From Armatimonadota bacterium (lineage in GTDB: Bacteria > Sysuimicrobiota > Sysuimicrobiia > Sysuimicrobiales > Humicultoraceae): a stretch of 64,000 nucleotides of DNA. Made by a program: the position numbers and the translations under genes. The notes below the pieces were generated by a model. The model saw only the letters and a program-made list of their open reading frames with translations, was not told the origin of the DNA and did no database searches. Of this stretch, positions 17,601 to 24,720 are shown piece after piece (position 1 is the first letter of the stretch; each line of letters begins with the position of its first letter). The stretch covers positions 57,268 to 121,267 of the forward strand of contig JBBIOM010000002.1 in the NCBI GenBank assembly GCA_037443365.1. Reading direction: 5' to 3'.

Positions 17601-18717
17601 TGAACTCGCTGGGCACGCCCACAGGGCACGCCGCGGCGCAGTCACCGCAGCCTGTGCAGCGGAGCGGATCCACGAAGCGGGGGCGCTGCCGTATGGTGGC
17701 GGCGAAGTCCCCGGCGCTCCCCTCCAGACTCTCCAGCTCGGCCAGCGTGTGGATCTCGATGTTAGGATGCAGCCTGACACCCGACAGCTTGGGCGACAGG
17801 ATGCACATCGCGCAGTCGTTCGTGGGGAAGGTCTTGTCGAGCGTGGCCATGCGACCGCCTATGGCTGGGCCGCGCTCGACCAGGTGCACCTTGATGCCAG
17901 CGTCCGCCAGATCGAGCGCAGCCTGGATTCCCGCGATCCCGCCGCCGACCACCACGGCCGCGCCCACCACGCCGTCGCCGGTCTCCTCGGGAGGCCCGGC
18001 CGGTCTTGCCTCCTCGATCGCGGTGGCCACGCGGGCTGCCCCCCCGGGGGCCGGGCCTTCGTCGAGGTCGTCGCGCGCGGCCGCGGGCACTCGCACCATG
18101 CGGTCCAGCAGCTCGATCTGATCGGCCAGCCGCTGGCGGCAGCGCACAAGGATGTGCCGCTGATCATCGGTGAGATCGCCGGCCGTTCCCGCCAGCATCG
18201 CCTCCAGGTAGCCGGCCACCCTGGCGGCGGGAGACCGCAGGTCGTACGTGGCCACCGCCTGCATCTGGGTCAGTCGGGCTCGCACCTGCGCCATGCGCGA
18301 TTCGATGAGGTCCACTAGACCGGCCATTATGGGATACCCGATCTCCCAGTCCAGCGATATCAACCTGCGCAGAACCGGGCCGCTGATGGCCACCAGAACC
18401 GTGGGCTCGACGCTGACCGCAGACATCGTCAGCACAAACGGCGGCACAAGGGCAGACCATCCGAGGCTCTCGCCCGCCCCGAGCACGGACACGACGACCG
18501 ACCTGGGCAGGTCCCCTTCCTGCTCCGGTGTTCGCATCTCCAGGGCCACCCGGCCCGTGTGGATCACGAAGAAGTCGCGGGCCTCGTCCCCTTCAGAGAA
18601 GATGCGCTCCCCCGGCTGGAAGGAGACAACGGTGCCCAGCGAGGCCACCAGGTCTCGGGCCGATGGGCTAAGCCCTGCGAGAAGGGCGCACCGGCCCATG
18701 GCTTCACGCTGGATCAT
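14647..18717 (-). CDS. Giant multi-domain HdrA-type flavo-FeS protein: cNMP-binding-like domain + His-less DHp-like domain + HdrA unit with inserted GltD/NfnB-like NAD(P)H module + start of a second HdrA unit
   Basis: Residues 1-130 are CRP/FNR-type (SFQPGERIFSEGDEA...GRVALEM). Residues ~140-210 are DHp-like (ATYDLRSPAARVAGYLEAML). Residues 251 onward are HdrA (VVVGGGIAGIQAALDLADAG...GGRMATLDKTFPTNDCAMC). Residues ~403-800 are glutamate-synthase-small-subunit-like (CGRVCNHRCEDAC; RVAVVGSGPAGLTAARDL; VLVLGGGNVGIDVA; FAGGD). Then FLQCVGSRD..YCSSVCCMY, followed by a second unit with IGVFVCHCGSNIAG...ALVIGGGVAGLTASL. Confidence 0.8.
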   Translation of the reverse strand: MIQREAMGRCALLAGLSPSARDLVASLGTVVSFQPGERIFSEGDEARDFFVIHTGRVALEMRTPEQEGDLPRSVVVSVLGAGESLGWSALVPPFVLTMSAVSVEPTVLVAISGPVLRRLISLDWEIGYPIMAGLVDLIESRMAQVRARLTQMQAVATYDLRSPAARVAGYLEAMLAGTAGDLTDDQRHILVRCRQRLADQIELLDRMVRVPAAARDDLDEGPAPGGAARVATAIEEARPAGPPEETGDGVVGAAVVVGGGIAGIQAALDLADAGIKVHLVERGPAIGGRMATLDKTFPTNDCAMCILSPKLSGVRLHPNIEIHTLAELESLEGSAGDFAATIRQRPRFVDPLRCTGCGDCAAACPVGVPSEFNAGLAARSAIYRSYAQAVPGAYAIDKRGRAPCRDACPIHQRAQGYVALVAQGRYEEAFRVIQMENPFPGICGRVCNHRCEDACSRSLVDGAVNIAALKRFVADWAYARPGEPPAQVEPAHPERVAVVGSGPAGLTAARDLAVLGYRVTVHEALPVPGGMMRVGIPEHRLPASIVEREVAAIAALGVEIRTSSRVSHVRELFAQGYSAIFLATGTHRARKLPIPGADLPGVLVSTDVLQNARLGQPVSLGRRVLVLGGGNVGIDVARTCVRLGAEVLLACPEARGAMPAHPWEVAAAEEEGVRVYPSTSFVRVVERDGRAAGMECRGVRSMHFDENRRLHLELIEGSEHLIEADTIVFAIGLAPQNEIFSDLPGLVTTPWGALQVDAESQSTGYPGLFAGGDLATGTAYIVDAIAAGRRAAQGIHAYLRGTFLQADPQPQVARLTLEEVEDRLARGQIRPQPRQGVHELPAEVRRASFIEVDEGLTEEEARFEAARCLSCGVCAECLACVQACRREAINHAETEREETLNVGAVILAPGIEPFDAALADAYGAGRFPNVLTGPQFERLLSASGPTQGHVARPSDGAEPKRIAFLQCVGSRDQQNRYCSSVCCMYATKEAILAREHAPGTECTVYYADMRAFGKGFDAYVERASREQIRFVRTRVAALREDAQTRSLHFRVEENGAVREEQADLVVLAVGLTPPKGAAALACAARIALDEHGFAATVPSAPMQASRPGVFVAGGFRGPRDIPDSVTDGSGAAAAAMAIIGSARGTQISAKVYPPEMLLDPEPRIGVFVCHCGSNIAGVVDVAGLAAHAKTLPGVVLAETSLYTCSADTLIRIKEAVAEAHLNRVVVASCTPRTHEPIFRETLREAGLNPYLFEMANIRDQCSWVHRDDPAGATEKAQALITAAVARAARLSPLHKVLVPMRREALVIGGGVAGLTASLNLAEQGFPVTLVERSQTLGGRLRSPLLAWGGGPRPRSC
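14669..14678 (-). repeat. G10 homopolymer (C10 on plus strand) at the frame break inside the HdrA-type gene
   Basis: The ORF-track translations of all three frames cross the same TGGGGGGGGGGAC tract. One extra G, or a -1 slip, joins the two ORFs. Confidence 0.9.
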
Positions 18718-19900
18718 CGGCAGATGTCTCCCCCTGCCCCACCGGCGGCGAATCGCCGGGGGGGAGTTCGACGGCGAGGGCCCGGGGTATCGAGAGCGTG
18801 AAAACCGCGCCGCTTGTCTCTCCTGGAGGCGGGCTCTCTGCCCAGATCTGACCGCGGTGGGCCTCGACGATCCTCTTCACGAGGGACAAACCCAGCCCCA
18901 ACCCCTTCGACTGGGCCATCTGCCCCCTGTAGAACTCGTCGAAGATGCGGGGCAGATCGGACGGCGCTATCCCAGCGCCGTTGTCGCGCACCTGCACCCG
19001 GATCTCATCTCCCCGGTCCAGGGCGGACACGACGACTTCTCCGCCGGAGGGCGTAAACTTCACGGCGTTGTCCAGGAGGTTGGTAATGGCTTCCTGCATG
19101 CGCAGCGGCGCCATCAAGAGCGACGGCATGCCCCGAGGCACCAGCGCCTCCAGGCGCACTCCCTTTGCCCGGGCCGCGGCCGCCACGTTCTCCACGGCCT
19201 TCTCAATGATATCCTGCATGGATGCGACGCCCAGCTCCGCGGAGAAGTCGCCGGTCTCGATCCGGGAGACCCGCAGAAGGCTGTTGATGAGCTCGATCAG
19301 CTCCTGCACACGGATGCTGCACCGCTCCAACATCTCTCGCTGCCGGTCAGCGACCTCCCCGGCGTAGCCGCCCAGCATCACCTGAAGGTAGCTCTCCACG
19401 GCCGCCAGGGGCGCCTTCAGTTCGTGTGACACCATTGCGATGACGAAGCCCAGCTTGGCCCTCGCCTCCTGGAGGCGGCTTCCCACCAGCTGGGCCAGGC
19501 CGCGCATCAGGAGGGCCCCGGCCCGAGGGTCCTCGGCGATCAGTCGTTCCAGCATCTCGCGCTCGAATGCCACGACCGTCGTGGGCTGAATTGCCACGGC
19601 CGACATGGTGCGCGTGTGAGGAGGCACGAGCGCGGACCAGCCGAAGCAGTCGGGGGGACCAAGCACCGCGGCGAATGTGCGCCGCTCGCCCGCCTCGGAC
19701 CTGCCGATCTGCAGGTCCATCTCGAGGGCGACGCGTCCCCGCTCAATGATGCACAGGTGTGTGGCGCCCTCCCCCTCCTCGAAGATCCGCTGCCCGGGCT
19801 CGAACGATCGCTGCTCACCCATAGCCGCCAGGCGGCGCAGAAGCGCCACGGGCAGGTCCTTGAACAGGGACGAGCGCTCCAGGGCCGCCTGGCTGGCCAT
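18704..19900 (-). CDS. Sensor histidine kinase with N-terminal cNMP-binding-like domain (no TM segments seen)
   Basis: CRP/FNR-type N-terminus (SFEPGQRIFEEGEGA...GRVALEM), H-box AMVSHELKAPL (His159), N-box NLLDNAVKF, and G-boxes VRDNGAGI and GLGLGLSLV. Confidence 0.85.
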   Translation of the reverse strand: MASQAALERSSLFKDLPVALLRRLAAMGEQRSFEPGQRIFEEGEGATHLCIIERGRVALEMDLQIGRSEAGERRTFAAVLGPPDCFGWSALVPPHTRTMSAVAIQPTTVVAFEREMLERLIAEDPRAGALLMRGLAQLVGSRLQEARAKLGFVIAMVSHELKAPLAAVESYLQVMLGGYAGEVADRQREMLERCSIRVQELIELINSLLRVSRIETGDFSAELGVASMQDIIEKAVENVAAAARAKGVRLEALVPRGMPSLLMAPLRMQEAITNLLDNAVKFTPSGGEVVVSALDRGDEIRVQVRDNGAGIAPSDLPRIFDEFYRGQMAQSKGLGLGLSLVKRIVEAHRGQIWAESPPPGETSGAVFTLSIPRALAVELPPGDSPPVGQGETSADDPA

Positions 19901-19901
19901 G

Positions 19902-20786
19902 CTACTCCACTCCCGGAGCCGCCAGGCCGCCGGCCTCGAGCACGCGCGGCAGCAGGTGATCCCATCCCATGGCCATCAGGTGGATGCCCTGGCACAGCGG
20001 CCGCAGTTCCCGGATCAGCCCGGCGGCCACGCCCACGCTGGCCTCCTGGCGGTCCTTGGCTGTCTCCATGATCTCGATGAGGCGGCCGGGAACGTGCACG
20101 CCCGGGACATTCCGGTTCATGAACCGGGCCATACCGGCGGACTTCAGCATGATGATGCCTGCCAGTACCGGCTTGCCCACGGGCCGGGCGGCTTCCATGA
20201 AGCGGGCGAAGCCGTCCGGGTCGAAGATGGCCTGGGTCTGGAAGAAGTCGGCGCCGGCCTGAGCCTTCTTCGCCATCTTGAGCAGTTGGGGCTCAACCGG
20301 ATCCGCGCCCGGGCTGACGACCGCGCCCAGGAGGAACTCGGGGGCGCCGTCCAGTTGCTTCCCCGCCATGTCCTGCCCCTGCTCCAGCCCGACCGCGGCG
20401 CGCAGCAGGGAAACCGAGTCCAGGTCGAACACGGGCTTGGCCTGCGGGTGGTCACCAAGCTTCACGTGGTCTCCCGTAAGGCACAGCACGTTCTCGATGC
20501 CCAGCGCCGCCGCGCTCAGGAGATCCGACTGCAGCGCAATCCGGTTTCTGTCGCGGCAGGTGACCTGGAAGATGGGCTCGAGGCCCCGCTCCCGAAGCAT
20601 GTGGCAGAGCACCAGCGAACCCAGGCGCATCACCGAGCTCTGCTGGTCGGTGACGTTGAACGCCTGCACCCGTCCCCGCAGGCGCTCGGCTTCCTGAATG
20701 GCTCCTGCCACGTTGATTCCCTTGGGCGGGGAGGCCTCGGCCGTCACCACGAACCGGCCTCCGGTCAGGGCCTCTCGCAGGGTCAT
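19902..20786 (-). CDS. metF: Methylenetetrahydrofolate reductase, paralogue 1
   Basis: GRFVVTAEASPPKG..., QVTCRDRNRIALQSDLL and LCLTGDH. The ATG overlaps the stop of the receiver gene upstream (ATGA). Confidence 0.85.
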   Translation of the reverse strand: MTLREALTGGRFVVTAEASPPKGINVAGAIQEAERLRGRVQAFNVTDQQSSVMRLGSLVLCHMLRERGLEPIFQVTCRDRNRIALQSDLLSAAALGIENVLCLTGDHVKLGDHPQAKPVFDLDSVSLLRAAVGLEQGQDMAGKQLDGAPEFLLGAVVSPGADPVEPQLLKMAKKAQAGADFFQTQAIFDPDGFARFMEAARPVGKPVLAGIIMLKSAGMARFMNRNVPGVHVPGRLIEIMETAKDRQEASVGVAAGLIRELRPLCQGIHLMAMGWDHLLPRVLEAGGLAAPGVE

Positions 20787-21208
20787 GGCGTCTCAGAGCC
20801 TCCCTCGGACCGGCCGCGGCGTGCCAGCAGCTTCTCCACCCTTTCTAGGAGCAGGCCCGGAGGAGCGGGCTTGTCGAGATAGTCCTCTGCCTCCAGGCTG
20901 AGCCCTGCGCTGACCGGAAGGCCGGACTCCCCGTGGCGCTCGGCGAACGAGGTGAGCATGATGACAGGCACCGAGGAGAGCACCGGGTCGCGCTTCAGCT
21001 CCTCGCAGACCGTGAAGCCGTCCTTGAACGGCATGATCACGTCCAGGATGATCAGGTCGGGCGGATCCTCGCGCGCCAGACGCAGCCCCTCAACGCCATC
21101 CAGCGCCGCGGTCACCCGATAGTTGCGGCTCTCCAGCACCGTCCGGGTGGTCTCGACCAGGTCCGGGTCATCGTCAATGAGCAGAATGCGCTCCTGGGTC
21201 TTAGCCAA
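20783..21208 (-). CDS. Stand-alone receiver (CheY-like) response regulator 2, no output domain
   Basis: ILLIDDDPDL, DLIILDVIMPFKDG, VIMLTS and DYLDKP. The start is proposed at in-frame TTG 21208 (MAKTQERILL), 7-8 nt after a GGAGAGG SD-like site that lies within the last codons of the upstream gene. The longer ORF (to 21310) overlaps receiver 1. Confidence 0.8.
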   Translation of the reverse strand: MAKTQERILLIDDDPDLVETTRTVLESRNYRVTAALDGVEGLRLAREDPPDLIILDVIMPFKDGFTVCEELKRDPVLSSVPVIMLTSFAERHGESGLPVSAGLSLEAEDYLDKPAPPGLLLERVEKLLARRGRSEGGSETP

Positions 21209-21212
21209 GGTC

Positions 21213-21629
21213 CTACACCTCTCCGGGGTTGCCCGATCGCTTGCCGCGCCTGTCCAGCACCTTGCGGACACGATGCAGCAGATCCACCGGCCGCACCGGC
21301 TTCTCGACATAGTCGTCCACGTCCATGGCCAGCCCGGCCTCGAGTTCGTACCTGCGCCGGCTGGCCTCTTCGCCCACGGCAGAGAAGATCACAATCGGAA
21401 TGGTCGCCCAGCGGGGTTTCTCCTTCAGGGCCCGCACCACGGCGTATCCGTCCATCCTGGGCATCATCATGTCCAGGATGATCAGGTCGGGGGCCTCCCG
21501 GCGTATGCACTCGAGCCCCTGCTCGCCGTCGGGGGCGGTCTCGACACTGTAGCCAGCAGCCTCCAGTACCATCCGGACCGCCACGGTGATATCCTGATCG
21601 TCGTCCACCACCAGGATCCGAGGTTGCAT
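21213..21629 (-). CDS. Stand-alone receiver (CheY-like) response regulator 1, no output domain
   Basis: MQPRILVVDDDQDI, DLIILDMMMPRMDG, IVIFSA and DYVEKP. Confidence 0.85.
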   Translation of the reverse strand: MQPRILVVDDDQDITVAVRMVLEAAGYSVETAPDGEQGLECIRREAPDLIILDMMMPRMDGYAVVRALKEKPRWATIPIVIFSAVGEEASRRRYELEAGLAMDVDDYVEKPVRPVDLLHRVRKVLDRRGKRSGNPGEV

Positions 21630-21661
21630 TCAGGCCAGCCCTCCTTCTCACGCCTGTTGCG

Positions 21662-22579
21662 TCATATCAGCGGCCGAGGCAGAAGCCCGGCCCTCTCCGC
21701 CAGAACGGGGACGACCTCTTCCCACCCCACGGCCATGATGTGCACACCCCGCACGCCTGGTATGTCGCGCACGGCGTCAATGATGTCCACCGCGATGGCC
21801 ATTCCCTCGGCCTTGGGATCCGAGGCATCTTCCATGCGCGAGACCACGCCGTCAGGAACGACAATGCCGGACACGTAGTCCCGCATGTAGCGCGCCATAC
21901 CAACCGATTTCAGGGGCACGATTCCGGCCAGGATCGCCGTCTTCTCGTGCAGCCCCCGCGCCCTGACCTGGGCCATCCAGCGCGCGAAGATCTCGAGATC
22001 ATATACGGCCTGCGTCTGTATGAAGCTGGCGCCCGCGCGCACCTTCTTCGCCAGGCGCACCACCCGGTATGGAAGCGGGTCGGCGAACGGGTTGGCCGCG
22101 GCCCCGATGAACATCGAAACGTCGCCGGTGAACTCATCGCCACTCTGGAACCTGCGCGCATCGCGCATGCCGGCCAGCACCTGTATCAGCTGGATCGAGT
22201 CGAGATCGAAGACGTTCTTGGCCCCCGGGTGGTTGCCGAACTGCTGGTGGTCCCCGCTCAGGCACAGGAAGTTGCGCACTCCGGCCCCCACGGCACCCAA
22301 CACGTCCGACTGCAGCGCCAGGCGGTTCCGGTCGCGGCACGTCATCTGCATCACGGGGTCCAGACCCATGCGGCGCAGATGGATCGCGCAGGCCAGGCTG
22401 GACATGCGCACGATCGCGGTCTGGTTGTCGGTCAGATTGATGGCGTCACAGCAGTGCCGGAGGATCTCGGCCTTGCGCTCCACGACGCCCAGGTTCGTGC
22501 CCTTGGGCGGGCCCAGCTCGGCGGTCACAGCGAACCGCCCAGCGGCCAGCACGACCTCCAGGTTGCTGCCCGCGGGCAT
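21662..22579 (-). CDS. metF: Methylenetetrahydrofolate reductase, paralogue 2
   Basis: GRFAVTAELGPPKG, QMTCRDRNRLALQSDVL and LCLSGDH. Confidence 0.85.
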   Translation of the reverse strand: MPAGSNLEVVLAAGRFAVTAELGPPKGTNLGVVERKAEILRHCCDAINLTDNQTAIVRMSSLACAIHLRRMGLDPVMQMTCRDRNRLALQSDVLGAVGAGVRNFLCLSGDHQQFGNHPGAKNVFDLDSIQLIQVLAGMRDARRFQSGDEFTGDVSMFIGAAANPFADPLPYRVVRLAKKVRAGASFIQTQAVYDLEIFARWMAQVRARGLHEKTAILAGIVPLKSVGMARYMRDYVSGIVVPDGVVSRMEDASDPKAEGMAIAVDIIDAVRDIPGVRGVHIMAVGWEEVVPVLAERAGLLPRPLI

Positions 22580-22584
22580 GGCCG

Positions 22585-23262
22585 CTACACCTCCTCCTCG
22601 ACCATCTCGCGCAGGTCAGGCCGCGTGATGCGGCGCGGCCCGCCGGAGTGGCTCGCCTTCCAGTCCCGGGCCGGGATGATCTCCTCGAGCTGGTCCAGGC
22701 GTCCCTGCGCTTCCAGGCGCTCGTGGATCAGAACCCAGGCGCAGGGATTGTCTACCGACAGCTCGCAGTGCCCATCCTGGGGCCCTCCGCAGGGGCCGTT
22801 CAGGAGGCTCTTGGCGCACCTGGCCACCGGACAGATCCCTCCGGTGCGGTGCAGGAGGCAATCACCGCAGGCCATGCACCGCTCACCCCATATCCCAGGG
22901 GCCTCGGTCAGCCCCATGAAGGCGGTGTTGAGCCCAGGCAGCGCGATCACACCTCCGTAGCGCTCCCCTATTCCCTGCACACCCACCCCGCATCCCAGGG
23001 ACAGCACGGCATCGGCCCGGCGCACCGCCTCGCCGACCTGATCCAGGAACTCCCACTCGCACTGCCGCTGAACCACGGCCTCCCCGATCTCGACCTCTGG
23101 GCCCAGCACCGAGCGCAGCGCGGTGGCCACCACGGCGACTTCCTTCTCTCCCCCGGCAAAGCAGACAGTCGTGCACGTTCCGCAGCCGAGCACCAGGAGG
23201 CGGCGGAACCCGCTCACCATCTGCCGGATCTCGTCCAGGGGCTTCTGTTGTGCAACAATCAC
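22585..23262 (-). CDS. metV: MetV (MTHFR C-terminal-domain-like FeS/zinc-ribbon protein), copy 1
   Basis: MIVAQQKPLDEI..LVLGCGTCTTVCFAGGEKEV; CMACGDCLLHRTGGICPVARCAKSLLNGPCGG. Confidence 0.8.
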   Translation of the reverse strand: MIVAQQKPLDEIRQMVSGFRRLLVLGCGTCTTVCFAGGEKEVAVVATALRSVLGPEVEIGEAVVQRQCEWEFLDQVGEAVRRADAVLSLGCGVGVQGIGERYGGVIALPGLNTAFMGLTEAPGIWGERCMACGDCLLHRTGGICPVARCAKSLLNGPCGGPQDGHCELSVDNPCAWVLIHERLEAQGRLDQLEEIIPARDWKASHSGGPRRITRPDLREMVEEEV

Positions 23263-23278
23263 GGCCAGACCGCCTTCC

Positions 23279-24148
23279 CTATACGGCCAGCGCTTGGATC
23301 ACCGGCCGGACCTCCACCAGGTGCCTTCCGAACCCCAAGCGTCGCGGACTCGCTCCCAGCGCGAGCGCGGTCAGTTGAGTGAAGAACACCACCGGGAGGG
23401 GACGCTCGAACCCCGCCCTGGCGGACGTGGCGCCCTGCAGCAGATCCAGGTTGAGCTGGCACAGCGGACAGGCAGTGGCCAAGCAGTCGGCGCCCGCTCG
23501 GTGGGCCTGCTCCAAGATGCGGCCAACCAGATCCGCGGCAAGATCGGGCGCCGTGGCGGCCAGGCTGGCGCCACAGCACCAGGTCCTCCCCTGCCACTCG
23601 ACCACGTCGGCCCCACACGATCCGAGCACGCGCTCCATGATCCTCGGGTTCTCCGCATCGTCTATCCCACCACACCTGGGCACGCGCACGAGCAGGCAGC
23701 CGTAATAGCACGCCACCTTCACTCCTGCCAGAGACCGCCGGACCCGCGCGGAGAGGTCGATCTCGTCCAGGACCGAGAGCAGGTGCCGCACCCGGACCCC
23801 ACCGCCGTAGGCGAGGCCCGCCTGCGCGGCTGCCTGCGCCGCCTCCGCCGAGGCGCCAAGCTCGTGCTCTGCCTGAACCAGCCTGTGGTGACAGGCGGCG
23901 CACGCGGTCAGCACGTCGGTCCCGCGGGCCTGGGCAATCGCTAGGTTGCGGGCGGGCAGCAGGACCGCCAGGTCCGCGTCCACGAAGTGGGCCGAGCTGG
24001 CGCCGCAGCAGTTCCAATCCGGCAGTTCCTTCACCTGCATCCCCAGGGCGCGCAGCGTCTCACGCACGGAATCCAGATAGGGGGAGCCGGTGCTCTGCAA
24101 TGAACAGCCCGGGTACAAGGCGAGCGGCCTGGCCGGCGCATTCTGCAT
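23279..24148 (-). CDS. hdrB: HdrB-like (CCG domains), module 2
   Basis: LALYPGCSL...PDWNCCGAS; ACYYGC...RTWCCGAS...CPLCQ. The start is at internal Met72 (MQNAPARP) of ORF 23279..24361 and overlaps the hdrC stop (TGATG). Confidence 0.8.
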   Translation of the reverse strand: MQNAPARPLALYPGCSLQSTGSPYLDSVRETLRALGMQVKELPDWNCCGASSAHFVDADLAVLLPARNLAIAQARGTDVLTACAACHHRLVQAEHELGASAEAAQAAAQAGLAYGGGVRVRHLLSVLDEIDLSARVRRSLAGVKVACYYGCLLVRVPRCGGIDDAENPRIMERVLGSCGADVVEWQGRTWCCGASLAATAPDLAADLVGRILEQAHRAGADCLATACPLCQLNLDLLQGATSARAGFERPLPVVFFTQLTALALGASPRRLGFGRHLVEVRPVIQALAV

Positions 24149-24720
24149 CAGCGCCCACCCCCCTTGCCGGTCGTCCGGAACAGGCGGCGGACCTCTTTGC
24201 GCCCCCGCACGAGGTGGGGCAGCAGCGCAAGCCGGCGGTGCCGCACCAGCGCCAGGCCCGTGGCCAGGTCCTGCCGGAGGCGTCCCTGCTGCAGGCTGTG
24301 CCCGGCCGAGAGCAGACCCTCGTGGGCCCGACCGAACATCCACACGGTGCGCAGGAACCACCGGTGGAATCCGAGGATGCCCGCCCTGGGGGGAGGCCCT
24401 CCCCTGGCCAGGGAGGCCTGCCGCACCGCGTCCATCACCCGGGCGACGTCAATCCCGTTCGGGCACCGGATGGCGCAGGTCTCGCACGCCACGCACAGGT
24501 AGGGCGCCGCGGCTTCGAGGACACGCTCCCGGAGGCCCAACTGCACCGCCTTCATCAGGCGGCTCGGAAGGATGTCCATCGCATGAGCCAGCGGACAGCT
24601 CCCGGTGCAGACCCCGCACCCGTAGCAGAGCCGCACGCGCTCCCCGCTGGCCGCCTCTATGGCCAGCGGCCAGGAGGAATCCCGCGGGGACGGCTGCGTG
24701 GGCGCCTCATGCTGGGGCAT
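24148..24720 (-). CDS. hdrC: HdrC-like (2x[4Fe-4S]), module 2
   Basis: CYGCGVCTGSCP and CVACETCAIRCPNGIDV. Confidence 0.8.
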   Translation of the reverse strand: MPQHEAPTQPSPRDSSWPLAIEAASGERVRLCYGCGVCTGSCPLAHAMDILPSRLMKAVQLGLRERVLEAAAPYLCVACETCAIRCPNGIDVARVMDAVRQASLARGGPPPRAGILGFHRWFLRTVWMFGRAHEGLLSAGHSLQQGRLRQDLATGLALVRHRRLALLPHLVRGRKEVRRLFRTTGKGGGR

